Positions 1-12,559 of a stretch of 64,000 nt of DNA are shown here, piece after piece. Made by a program: the position numbers and the translations under genes. Location: contig CM022667.1 of assembly GCA_012295275.1 (NCBI GenBank), forward strand, positions 3,472,001 through 3,536,000, read 5' to 3'. Under the pieces are notes generated by a model. The model saw only the letters and a program-made list of their open reading frames with translations. It made no database searches and had not been told where the DNA came from. Origin of the DNA: Chrysomallon squamiferum (Eukaryota > Animalia > Mollusca). The number at the start of each line of letters is the position of its first letter. Position 1 is the stretch's first letter.

Positions 1-43
1 GCAAACGCATATAATGACTGGATTGAGAGAGAGAGAGAAAAAA

Positions 44-75
<32 letters not shown>

Positions 76-94
76 AAAAAAAAAAAACCAACCC

Positions 95-370
95 CAGTCT
101 ATGACATAATCAATAGACGTCAGCGATCATTAGCGGTTGGATTATTAATTATGCTTGTCATTAATTGATTTTCACCTTCCATGAATGATGTTGTGCCTTT
201 CATATCCGGCCATTCTCCTCTTGATTAGACATGCCGGGTTGCCGCGGCAACCATGCAAATTAGCGCCGCGGATATTAATGAGCAAAAATTGTTCTCTGTT
301 TCATTGCTTCGGATAAAAATAATAAACAATAATATGCCTCCGACGGCCGGGGAAAATGTGCCTGAATGTG
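95..370. promoter_or_regulatory. Enhancer/CNE-like island with X-box (RFX-type) palindrome and adjacent octamer
   Basis: CpG-rich, high-complexity island between poly-A and AT-rich DNA; perfect palindrome GGTTGCCGCGGCAACC at 237-252 followed directly by ATGCAAAT at 253-260; several TAAT/ATTA cores. Confidence 0.5.
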
Positions 371-589
371 TAATGAAAAAAAAAAAACCCAGAAAGATAT
401 TGCTGAAAAATATAAAAATATATATATACCAAAGCTAATTGACTTTCGTTTGTTGTGTGCGTAATCATATTTTTGTTCGAGATGTATTTGTTATGTGAGT
501 GCGTTATTGTGTTGCAGACTGAATAAAGGAATTTAATTAAATAAATGATCATTTTACTAGAAAGGTTTATTATTATTATTATTAACTAC

Positions 590-631
<42 letters not shown>

Positions 632-1044
632 CTTTCTCGTATCCATGGTTTGGTTTGTTATATTTATTTATTTTTTTTTTTATTATTTCTACCAATTTTT
701 CAAAGTCTGTGGTAATTTGGGTTTGTCTCACTGATTCTGTCTGCAGATATTTTGTAATTAAGGACACAGTTAATTTTGACCTAGCTGTGTTTACCCTATT
801 TTTAATATCTTAACAAAAATATAATATATATATATATATAAATAGGATTGAATTAAATGTTTTGTTTTTTCAGAACTAATTTTGTATTTACTAGTGACTA
901 AATTGACTTAGGTTGTTTTTTTTTGTTGTAATTTGTGTCTTACTCTTTTCATTATTGTGCGAATGATTCACCAGTTTAAGAAACTCCCTCCGAATAGATA
1001 ATTTTAACTTTTGACTTAACTGCTTATACAACAAAACAAAAATA

Positions 1045-1083
<39 letters not shown>

Positions 1084-1230
1084 TGTATGATCAAACACAG
1101 ATTTACAAATAAACAATTAAATTAAATTTGTGTTCTATTTCTTACTCAATAATATTTTAATAGATATTACTACTGAAACTTATATTAGTACAACACCTAT
1201 TAAAACAACATCAACAAAAATAAACTTTAA

Positions 1231-1296
1231 CACAAACACATGCACGCACACACACACACACACACACACATGCACACACACACACACACACACATA
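1231..1296. repeat. (CA)n microsatellite
   Basis: Direct reading; explains ORFs 1130..1381 and 1180..1395. Confidence 0.95.
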
Positions 1297-1549
1297 TATG
1301 TACTGTAAAATAAATAAATTAAAAACTAAAAAAAAAAAATTAAAAGAAAAGAATTGTCTCTGGTGCAATTTGTTTAACTGACATTCAGAATTCAAATCTT
1401 AGTTGCTTATCTAACCTTTTTGTTTTCAGTATAATTTACTTTTTTTTTTTTTTTTTTTTGGTCTTTAACAAAAGACACACAACCTACCAGCAATGTACAC
1501 AATATATTACCAATATGAAATCAGAATCCTATAGTCTAGAGTATTAGGA

Positions 1550-3000
1550 AATTTACAGACTGATCAGTAATCTAAAAACTGCCTTCAATAAACAGTCTGC
1601 CTTATGAAACTGATAAAGAGTAAAATAATAACAAACATCAGTAACGAAGTTGAGCAATCTGCAGATGTACTGATAACCTGTAATAAACCTACTGATACCA
1701 ACAAGTAAGCAAGGACAAACCATTGGCAAACATGACAACCTTTAGTAAACCTACTGACAGCAATCAGTACACGTGACAACAGTTAGTAAACTTACTGACA
1801 TCAATCAGTAAACACGGCAACCATCAGTAAACGTGACATCAATCAGTAAACATGACAACCGTTAGTAAACCTACTGACATCAATCAGTAAACATGACAAC
1901 TTGCTGACATCAACCAGTAAACGTGACAACCATTAGTAAACCTACTGACAGCAATCAGTAAACGTGACAGTCTTTAGTAAACCTACTGACAGCAATCAGT
2001 AAACGTGACAGTCTTTAGTAAACCTACTGACATCGATCAGTAAACGTGACAGTCTTGAGTAAACCTACTGACAGCAATCAGTAAATGTGACAGTCTTTAG
2101 AAAACCTACTGACAACAACCAGTAAACGTGACAGCCTTTAGAAAACCTGCTGACATCAACCAGCAAAGATGACAGTCTTAGTAAACCTACTGACATCAAG
2201 GACAAAGTAAGCAAGGACAAACCATTGGCAAACATGACAACCTTTAGTAAACCTACTGACAGCAATCAGTAAACGTGACAACAGTTAGTAAACTTACTGA
2301 CATCAATCAGTAAACACGGCAGCCATCAGTAAACGTGACATCAATCAGTAAACATGACAACCGTTAGTAAACCTACTGACATCAATCAGTAAACATGACA
2401 ACTTGCTGACATCAATCAGTAAACATGACAACTTGCTGACATCAACCAGTAAACGTGACAACCATTAGTAAACCTACTGACAGCAATCAGTAAACGTGAC
2501 AGTCTTTAGTAAACCTACTGACAGCAATCAGTAAACGTGACAGTCTTTAGTAAACCTACTGACATCGATCAGTAAACGTGACAGTCTTGAGTAAACCTAC
2601 TGACAGCAATCAGTAAATGTGACAGTCTTTAGAAAACCTACTGACAACAACCAGTAAACGTGACAGCCTTTAGAAAACCTGCTGACATCAACCAGCAAAG
2701 ATGACAGTCTTAGTAAACCTACTGACATCAAGCAGCAAAAATAACAACCTTTTAGAAAAACCTGCTGACAGCAATCAGTAAACGTATCAACCTTTTAGAA
2801 AAACCTGCTGACAGCAATCAGTAAACGTATCAACCTTTTAGAAAAACCTGCTGACAGCAATCAGTAAACGTGTCAACCTTTTAGAAAAACCTGCTGACAG
2901 CAATCAGTAAACGTGTCAACCTTTTAGAAAAACCTGCTGACAATCGCCTGAAACATGTAAAACCATCAGTAAACATGACAGAGCAGTCAGTAAACCTACT
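1550..3000. repeat. ~41-bp minisatellite (AGTAAACCTACTGACAGCAATC+AGTAAACGTGACAGTCTTT) with a ~500-bp higher-order duplication
   Basis: Units read directly; the block starting AGTAAGCAAGGACAAACCATTGGC at 1704 recurs at 2206; edges are degenerate. Confidence 0.95.
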
Positions 3001-3399
3001 TAGATTTCCTCCTACAAGCACTTACAAGTGATCTACAAATAAAGCCTTACTGCTGTTATCATGGAGGACATTTCTGTTATCGCCAACGACACCAGAGCTT
3101 TTTTTTTAACATCTGGACAGGTCTGCGAAATGTCTGCCCCATTTGCAGGACATTTCTTTTATATCAATGGCAGTGACAGTGCTTTTAAATGCCGTGTCTT
3201 AGCACTGACCTAGTAATATTATTACCAGATGAAAAACATTTAGAAGATTTCTCTCAGATTAATGCAAGAAGCCAACCGCATGACACTGATTGATGTGTAG
3301 TTTTTCGTCACCAATAAGACTACGCAATTGATCTCGCCAATAATCAGTCGTTAACCAGACCTGTTTATTTTTACTAGTTTTATCTTATTTTTATTTATT

Positions 3400-3435
<36 letters not shown>

Positions 3436-3974
3436 TTATGGTTTGTTTTTCTCCACGTCTTTGTTTGCCAGTAATAAAGTTACGTGATAATGTTTCGAAA
3501 TTTCAAAACCGTGTTTTCACCTAGATGTCTTCTATTCGTTGTTTGTTTTTATTTTATTTTTTTTTTTTTTTAAGTATATAAATCTTTATATTAGGAACTG
3601 ATACTAAATGCAAATGAAGCTTTGATTGATTGTGAATGGTTTAATTGAAAAAACACCCCACCCCAGTATGAATTAACCGTTGACTGGTGTTTTCCGAGGT
3701 ATGGATTGCAATTGTTGTCAGGTTGTTTTTTTTTTTTTTGTTTTGAAGCTATATAATAAAAATAATGATAAAATTTCTTCTAAGGATTTCAACAATACTT
3801 TTTATTACTTTTTTTTGTTTTTAAATGTTTTTTTTTTTTTTTTTTTGTAAAGAATCATTAATCATTAAATTTGCCTTTTGTTTGACGTCGTTATTAAGGT
3901 TTAAAGTAACCTAGATATGTTTTCATTTATTTTCTTTCTTATGTTTATTTTATTCAACAATTTCTTTTCTCTTT

Positions 3975-3999
3975 CATAATAATAATAATGATGAATTAC

Positions 4000-4031
<32 letters not shown>

Positions 4032-4450
4032 TGTTGATGATGATGATATAAATATGTATTATAATTAAAACAACTATTTAATTTCTTCAGAAACCATCCT
4101 TGCAAGGTTTTATATTTTTAGATTTCTGTTGTTGATGATGCTGTCAGTGAGTGATCTTGTTGCTGTTGTTGATGATGATATTGCTACTGTTGATGTTATT
4201 TTTTTTATGATGTTGCTCTTGTTGATGATGTTATTGTTGATGGTATTGATATTATTGATAATGTCATTTTTGCTGTTGTTGACATTAGTATTATTGATGA
4301 CATTACTGTTGATTTTGATATTATGGATGATGTAATTGTTGTTGCTGTTGTTGTTAATGTGTTCCTATTGTTATAAATTTCTGTTATTGATGATGATGTT
4401 GCTGTTGATGATGTTTTTACTTCTTGGTGATTGTTACTGACTGTTTTTCT
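3975..4450. repeat. Degenerate (AAT)n/(GAT)n/(GTT)n trinucleotide low-complexity tract
   Basis: Direct reading; explains ORFs 4129..4335 and 4205..4465. Confidence 0.85.
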
Positions 4451-5429
4451 TTTCATTTTGGTCATTATGGGAACAATATTCTTTTCTGTAAAAGCCTTAT
4501 AAAAATCCTTTGTAAAAATGTGTGTGTGTCTGTGTGTCTATATGTTTAATTAATTCTGTTAAGTTTTTGCTTTACCATAATTGAAACTTCAAAACTTTGC
4601 AGATTAATAATATTTAAAAATAAAACAGTGTTATTTAATACAAATATTAATTTTATCAAAATACTAGTAAATATGTCTAGGAATTAGATATATATAAAAG
4701 TAATTTAGACTACAAATTATTTACAAATTGGTTTTGAAATTATTTTTTTTTATACATATAATTGATGAAATTATAAACCTCCAGAAACTGAAATTCATTT
4801 GATTATTTAATTTTTATTTTAACTGTTGAAACTACAAAACTTCACGAATAAAATAGATTTAAGATTACCATCATGATAAGGAAATCATTGTATAATTTTT
4901 ACTTAGAAGGAAAATTAAACTCTGTATATGGATTTTATTTTTAACAGGCAGCAATTCTAATAGTAACTCATATTTTGTTCCTTTCGCAATCATTTTTATT
5001 CTAATTGTCCAACCATCGAAGTTTAATTTGAATTTAAAATTAATTTCGTATTAGTGTAATTTTTACTTCATCAGAAAAATAGAAAAATTACCACAATAAT
5101 TTACAAACGTAATAATTGTAATTGTCCATACAGCAGACAATCACAGATACATTTTGTAATATTAATGTGAGGTTTTTTTTTTTGTTTTTGTTTCTTTTCA
5201 TTAGTATAATTTTTCGAGTTGGCAGAAGAAAAACAAACAAAAAAGCAATTGATTTTGATTTTGACTCGAGTTCCGAGGTATCAGCTTGTGATGATACAAA
5301 CAAACCTCCAAGCTGTTCAGTGCTATTGTTGTACTTTTAGTAATTTACTTACATAAATATTCTCAGTCACCGATTTTGTCAATTATTCAAACATCTCATT
5401 TCATTACTGTCAGTATTAATTTTGATTCT

Positions 5430-5989
5430 TCTGTATTATTGTTGCCTTTGATAATATAATGCTGTATTTTTTAATTTTAAATTGTTACAATTGTGTTTGT
5501 TATTATTATTACTGTTCATATTAATATTTATCATCCCTGTTTTTGCATTTTTTAGTTATTGTATTTGTTGTTGTTGTTATTATTGTTATATTTGTGTTAT
5601 TATTAGTGTTACTGTTATTGTTGTTTTAATATTAATATTATTAATAGTTGTAGTAATAGTACTAGTAATAGCAGTAATAGTGATAGTTGTACTAGTCATA
5701 AAAGTAATAACAGTGTTTGTTCTTGTTATGGTTGTTGTTATTTTTGGTATTATTAATTATTAACATTTATTATTTTCTATTATTAATGAATGGTCAATTG
5801 ATCACACTAATAATGAAGATAATTGTTGAAATACATTTTTTTTTCTTTATCCTTTTTTTTTACAAGCAAATGAAAAGAAATAAGATAAATTTCCTTCATT
5901 TTCTGTATAACCAGAGAAAGAGGTTTGAAGTTTTAATTTTATTATTATTTAATAATTTTTTTTTTTTTTTTTTTTTTTTGATATTTTTT

Positions 5990-6022
<33 letters not shown>

Positions 6023-6060
6023 TTTGTTTGTTATTATTATTATTATTATTATTATTTTTG

Positions 6061-6093
<33 letters not shown>

Positions 6094-6140
6094 GTTTATT
6101 ATTATTATTATTATTATTATTATTTATTTTATTATTTTTG
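5430..6140. repeat. (TTA)n/(TAG)n/poly-T low-complexity tract
   Basis: Direct reading; explains the hydrophobic ORFs at 5482-6270. Confidence 0.85.
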
Positions 6141-7749
6141 TTACTACTGGTATTTTCTGTGTAACCGCAATGCAGACTTTCATTTAATTTTCTTGCTCTT
6201 CCTGTTTTTACATGTAACCATGGTAGACATGTCATTTCTTTTACCTGTGAGTATAATCTTTGTAATATAAGAAATATCTGGATTTCCTTCTCGTTAATCT
6301 GTAGGAAACTTAATACTCTGTGAATGATAGTAGTCTTTATTTTTAAACTTTAAAAAAATCAAAAAATATCTTGACAAACCAAATATTGCAGGTGTGTTTT
6401 AGTTAACATTTCAGTGTCTTCAATGTTAATTTGAGAAAGTGAGGACATTTTTTTTTTTTTTACTTCAAATGAAATTGTTTTTAATACACTTATTTAATTT
6501 ATAACCTTTTTAGCATAGTGTAATAATATCTTTTTTGTATTAATGAATACCTATAGGAGATAGGTGTCTTCCAAACTTAAGTTGTTAACTTTGCGATATA
6601 TGGTATGTTTAAATATTAGTGACATATTAATTCTCGTTGATAATGGGTTTTATTTTATGTTACTGTAACCTTTCTACATTGTGGTAACTTTATATACAGG
6701 AGTGTCCTTTTAAATATTTCGATATCAATAGAAAGATATTATTTTTTTTTTTTTTTTTTACTTTGTTATCTTTAAATGTTCCTTTTATTATTACATAGGC
6801 TGTAGGTTATTTATAAACTTTACATATTTTTATGACTTCTTCTGTCTTCAATAATTCATTTGCAATGAATTTTGTTGTAATCTCGTCCATCAAATCTGTG
6901 TTTATTGTTAGTTAGCAGAAAGAATTCATATATGTGCACCTTCCCACCGGTGCAAAAAATAAATTAAAAAAATCTCACACCACAGATTAATAGACAAATC
7001 TGTTTGAAATTTGGTTGTGGGTTGTTGGTAGGAAATGGTCCAGAGGATGTATGGGGAATTTTTGAAACATTTTTCAGTGCATCCTACTATTGGGGCTGTC
7101 ACGTTGAAATGTTCCATTGGATGTACAAAGAACGTTAGAAACCTGATCATTGCAAAAACATCATGCCTCAGCCTGCAGGTTCATTTTAATACTGAAGAGA
7201 AAAACTTTCAACACTCTGTAGTAATAATAAACTAAGATTCCATGCTGGTAAAATGGGGCAAGTCAGATTCAAATGTTTTATTATTGGCTTGGAATCTGCC
7301 GACATTGAGAATAGAAGAAAAAAAAAAAAAAAAAAAAAAAAAATGAAAAATTCCATAGACTTGTTTCAAATTATTGATAATAATTGGTTTATAATTGGCT
7401 AAATGATTGGAACATTTCAGTAACAATGTGTAATTGGTTAAATGATTCCAATCATGATTATCATTTTATTGACCCGTTTTGTTCAATTAATGTAGTAACA
7501 AAAAATGATTTATCTTGTATAAACATTTAGTCTGTTTTTCTGTTGTGCAACAAATATAAATTCGAACAATATGAATCAATCTTACTGAAAAAAACAGACA
7601 GTTTCTTTTAACTTGACTGTAAGTTAAGTCTGACTTTAAAACTGGAAAGTACTTGGTTTGTGTCCTAGTATAGAATTCTAATCATAGCTTATAGGAGGAT
7701 TTCGTGTTTTTTTCTCTGTCATATTAATCCTTTGACTCAAAAGAAAAAC

Positions 7750-8104
7750 AAATCCTGAACTCTTTAATTACTTCCATACTAATCTTCATCTCATTAATAC
7801 TAATCCTGACTTCTTTAATACTTTTGTACTAATCGTCACCTCAATAATACTAATCCTGAACTCTTTAATACTACCATATACTAATCTTTTCCTCATAAAT
7901 ACTAATCCTCAGTTCATTAATATGATCATATTAATGAGTTACAGGATTAATATATTAGTATTAATGAATGTATGATTAGTAAGATAGTAGGAATGGTTTT
8001 CGAGGATTAGTAAAGTATAGTATTAATGATGTATACGATCAGTAAGGTATTGATGATCTATATGTTTAGTGATGTATAGTATTAATGATGAATATGATTA
8101 GTAT
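7750..8104. repeat. Fold-back (inverted) minisatellite centred on a 24-bp perfect palindrome
   Basis: Left arm has ~50-bp units with TACTAATC cores (AATCCT at 7752, 7802, 7852, 7904). Centre is TCATTAATATGATCATATTAATGA at 7914-7937. Right arm carries the reverse-complement cores GATTAGTA and AGTATTAATGA. Confidence 0.8.
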
Positions 8105-8359
8105 AACACTGTCAGTGACTTACAGATTGACTGACTGTTTGAAAACAAATAAAACTAAAGACCACTGCTTTTCCATGACTACACAAACAAACAAAATATA
8201 TTTCCACAACATTCATCTTGGAACAACTGACTAACACGTCACTGACCTTGACCTCTGACAACATGAAAAGACTGTTTTTTCCCCGACAGCAGTAAGAAAA
8301 TATTTTAATGACATAATTTATTCTTTTTTTTTTTTTTTTTTTTGATTTTAACATGAGAT

Positions 8360-8860
8360 CAAATAATGGCTTGGTGCAAGGGTTGAGCAGGCAAGTGTAA
8401 CCGTGAATAATAATAACACTAATACCAGCAATGTCAACAGGAGCATGAAATTAATCCGGGCAGCTTCAGATGGTCATTATAGGGAGCAATCTGGCCACTG
8501 GCCAGTGAACTGACCACCTCAAGAATTGACCCATATTTGGCCCAGAGGATTGGAGATTAATCAGTGATTTGGCCATATTTGTTTGTCTCATCTACTGGTC
8601 ATTAAGTCTCAGAGGCCACTAATAAATTGCTAGTTTGCTATAATCTCACACTCGGAATCTCGAGAATTGATGCCGTTTGGATGGCGGGCAAATTACAGCG
8701 AAATTTTGCCACAGATAAGGTCACGAAACAAATGTTATTTCATTTCAATTAGAACATGTCTGATTAGACAGTCGAAAATGATTGATTTTTCATTTCTCCC
8801 AGCATTTGTTTTCATATGGTGGCATACAGCTTCGGTAATCGCTTAAGTCCAATACTTTTC
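8360..8860. promoter_or_regulatory. Enhancer/CNE-like island with CArG box
   Basis: Higher GC than flanks; CCATATTTGG (perfect CC(A/T)6GG) at 8531-8540 plus a near-copy at ~8573; palindrome CACTGGCCAGTG at 8496-8507; several TAAT cores. Confidence 0.45.
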
Positions 8861-9689
8861 CTGCTTTCTCAAGAATAATATTTTTTTTTTTTATTTTTTT
8901 TTTTTTCTGTTTTTTTTTCTTATTTTTGTCTTCATTTTTTGTTGTTTTTTTTTCATTTTTTTTTTCTATTTTTTTAAATTCTTTTTTTTCTTTTCTTTTT
9001 TTTTTGGTATCATTTTCTTTTGACATATCCTTTATTTGATTGGTTTTATTTTATTTTATTTTTTTTTCATTTTTTTGTCCGTTTTTATTTCTTTCACTGT
9101 TTGTGTTTTGGTTTTAAATGTGTGAATATTAGTTATTTTTCATCATAGGTTAATAAAACTGATGTACGTTTTTTTTTTTTTTTTTTTTTTTTTTTGGTCT
9201 TCTCTGGGGGAAAAGAAAATTAAAAACGTGCAGAACCATTGTCAAATCCACTTTAAGTCTTCACTGCAGAAAATCATAATAATAAAATATATCTATATAT
9301 AAATAAATAGCGTATCCTCTTTGTCAGTCTCGGAACTGAAAGAAAAAGAACTAATGTAAAATCTGCACCTGTCATCTTGAAAACATAATCTAGGAAAATT
9401 GTGAATAGGACAGAAACATGGTGTTTTTTTGAGTTGAAGTCAAATTAAGTGTGACACAAAACATTTGGGAGGCTCCATTTCAAACTTTTCGGATAGAATG
9501 TGTGTGTATGGTACAGTAATCATACAGCAGTAATTACCAATTCATCTGCAATTCTGCACCTGTAACCAGCATAGTCATCTGTAACTGTTACTTGTAACTC
9601 TTCGTAAGTCATCTGTAACCAAGTTATCCATTACTTTTGCTTATCACTTGTTATCACAAAGAAATCAAACAGTGCTTATATATCAAACA

Positions 9690-10110
9690 TCACCTTAATC
9701 TGTCATCAGCCATCACCCTTAACATTCATCTATCATCAACCATCACCCTGAACTTCATATATCTTCAACCATCACCCTTAACATTCATATATCTTCAACC
9801 ATCACCCTTAACATTCATCTATCTTCAACCATCACCCTTAACATTCATCTATCTTCAACCATCACCCTTAACATTCATCTATCATCAACCATCACCCTTA
9901 ACATTCATCTATCATCAACCATCACCCTTAACTTTATCTGTCATCAACCATCACCCTTAACATTCATATATCATCAACCATCACCCTTAAACCTTCATCA
10001 ACCATCACCCTTAACATTTATCTATCATCAACCATCACCCTTAACATTCATCTATCATCAACCATCATCCTTAACTTTCACCTATCATCAATCATCACCC
10101 TTAAACCTTC
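9690..10110. repeat. 30-bp minisatellite (AACATTCATCTATCTTCAACCATCACCCTT), ~13-14 copies
   Basis: Direct reading; the 30-bp period generates the repetitive ORF 9637..9960. Confidence 0.95.
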
Positions 10111-10539
10111 ATCTGCTGACAAACTTCAGCTTTTGCCAGTCACCCATTTTCTTATCACTCACTTATCACACGCAGGTCAGCTTTTACCCACCGCATTTTC
10201 CCACTGCTTACTAAACGTCCATTAACACCCACCTCTAGCTATTGACTGTTGTCAGCTGAATACGCCACTGTTTGTTATCAACGTATTAAGTTCACTTTCA
10301 ATGAATTAATAATAATAATGATCTCATTCTGTCTTCTCCTTTCTTTTTTTCTTTCTTTCTTTTTTTTTTTTTTCTTCTTTTTTCAATATTGTTATATTAT
10401 GATAATATTTTAATCTTTTTTTTTATTCTTATTTTATTTTTTTTAAATTTATTTATTTATTTTTATTTTTTTTTATTTTGCAAAAATTATCTCCAATATT
10501 GTTATTAACGCTGTTATTAAAATTTTATAGTTGAAAACT

Positions 10540-11350
10540 GATACCCCTGAACTGGTGTCTGGGGAAAAATGGCTTTAAAAGTAGGAATGAAATAAAATTC
10601 TGTTATTAAAAAAAAGCGACTCTGGCTGTGCCACCAGCTAATTGTGGCAATGGATCAGTACACAGCGAAGCAATTCTTCTTCAGAGCTACGGACCCAACT
10701 CCATTAAAAACGCAAATAACGGCCGCATTTTTACTAAAAGTTGAAAAACGACACCAGCGCAACGTTTGACCTGCCAACACTTGTGTATTGCTAATTAATT
10801 TTTCAGTCCATATAGATTATTCTGTGAAACTGATTACCTCTGACTTCAATAAAGCTTTCCCATTAACATCCTAATTTGCTTTTATGACGTTTTTCTCGCG
10901 AAAAATGCATGTCGCCGATGCAGCGGGCTCTGCCGAGACGACGTTTCTCATTAAACGATGTACACGCTGAAAACAAGCGAGTTTGTCCGTCCTTCCGGTG
11001 GTGCTCGCTAATGTGCCTTTTTCCGATGACTCGTAATATTTGAAATCATCCCTGGCAGGCCGGCATTAGCTTGTTGATGAAGGCAGAAGGGTGAGTTGGC
11101 CAAATTTTGATAGTTTTTAGCAGATTTATGTTGTTGCCAGTCAATTGATTTACTTCTCCCAGAAAAAGCTTTTCGCCCGGGAATCGTAGCGGCTTTTGTT
11201 TTGGTTCTTTATAATCGAAACACTTACGCAAAGCTTCTTGTCATTAATACACACACGATCGAGTTACTGCCCTCCCTCCCTCCTTCCAGTAAGGAGGAGG
11301 AGGAGGAGGAGGAGGTGGTGGAGGAGAAGAAGGAGCAAGACCAGGAGATT
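10540..11350. promoter_or_regulatory. CpG-rich island, possible promoter/5' exon region, ending in a (GGA)n tract
   Basis: Many CpGs relative to flanks; consensus donor AGG|GTGAGT at 11091; (GGA)n at ~11293-11335. Confidence 0.4.
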
Positions 11351-12264
11351 TATGGCTGTGTGTGTGTCTGTCAAAGTGTGGGTGTTCAGTTGTCTGTGTT
11401 TGTAACGAGATTTATTTGCGTGTTTGTTTTTGAAGATAAGTCAGAGATGTAGGCAGTGTCTTATTTAATAGTCATAACTTTCATTTGTAGCTGAAGATGA
11501 ACATGTTGAGAAAGATTTGAATGCAGACTCCTAGAAAAACAAACATACATATAAACATATACACATTGTCCCATCTAACCATCATTTAACCACACACAGA
11601 GACACAGAGACACAGACACAGATACACACAAACACCTGTAAATATCCCCAAACAGTACATAAAAAAAATACAATCTAAATAATTAGAGACTCAAACAAAC
11701 AAAAACATTAATTATAAATGCATCAAAAAAAAAACAAAAAAAATAAAATAAAAATTTGCTTTTTAATCACAACATTATTATTATTATTATTATTATTATT
11801 TATGATTCCTTCCAGCCAGCACTGATGTTTGATTATTTAATTTTCGTCTGGTCTGGTCTAATTATTGTTTCCATTGTCATGTTTATCCGAGGTGCACATC
11901 CAGTTGATTGCTGCCATATTCTGTCAACAAGATTGACGAAGAACCATTCGCGTGGTTTTTCCCACTATGGTTGACAACACTTTTTGTTGACACCAAGCCA
12001 GTTCTTAGTGCACCAACTTGTCGGTTTTTCTTATTCCCAGATTTCATTATTAAACTCAAAAATCCCCGAGCTTTTTACTGAAGACACAGCAAAGGTTGTG
12101 ATTTATTGTCTCAACGCTAAGTTACACAACGGACGACTTGTTTGTTATCATCTTTGTCCTAACGCTACACACGAAATCCCCTCACAAATCCGCGACGATC
12201 TCGCAGGGCAACAGTCGAGTTGGAAACATTCAGAAACTTTAATAAATACACCCTTTCCCCATAG

Positions 12265-12329
12265 CTGAGTCAACAGGCCAGGCAGGACTTCCAGCGAGCT
12301 GGTATCAGACCGATGTATCCAGTGGGTCG
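12265..12329 (+). CDS. Candidate 65-nt internal exon
   Basis: Acceptor CCCTTTCCCCATAG| and donor |GTAAGC; open in two frames (xESTGQAGLPASWYQTDVSSGS or LSQQARQDFQRAGIRPMYPVG). No homolog recognised. Confidence 0.35.
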
Positions 12330-12394
12330 GTAAGCAGAATTTAGATGTTAACAAGGAGGATTAGGAGCAGGCTCTGCTAAGACGCGAATGCCAG

Positions 12395-12559
12395 CGTTTT
12401 TGTGATTCGGCCAAAGGAAGGACAAACACGACACCGACACCCTACACTTCGCTGTGTGCCGAGAGCCGAAGGACAACAGCGACTGTCAACATCAACTACG
12501 GCCTCATCAAAGCCGAAGCCGTGGACGGACTGAGTAGTGTAAATTTGACCAGCGATGAG
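12395..12559 (+). CDS. Candidate 165-nt coding exon (RFCDSAKGRTNTTPTPYTSLCAESRRTTATVNINYGLIKAEAVDGLSSVNLTSDE)
   Basis: GC-rich, open frame of 55 codons, donor GAG|GTGAAT at 12560, SUMO-type IKAE motif. The acceptor (ATGCCAG) lacks a pyrimidine tract, so the 5' boundary is uncertain. Confidence 0.35.

Noticed and set aside
6930-7120. Possible Helentron/MITE-like fragment and overlapping ORFs
   Set aside because: Only vague resemblance, no termini or second copy in the window; ORFs short and unrecognisable.
9637-9960. 107-aa ORF with PSPLTFIYLQ repeats
   Set aside because: Product of a 30-bp minisatellite period with a non-ATG start; no splice or codon support.
9690-10110. Telomere-like CCCTTAA in the 30-bp unit
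   Set aside because: Single motif per unit, not tandem TTAGGG/TTAGG.
10810-10838. Resemblance to bantam (TAGATTATTCTGTGAAACTGATT)
   Set aside because: Seed does not match GAGATC and there is no adequate precursor stem.
12395-12559. Loose resemblance of YGLIKAE..GLS to the Eya-family IKTE region
   Set aside because: Too short and low-complexity to assign a gene symbol without a database search.
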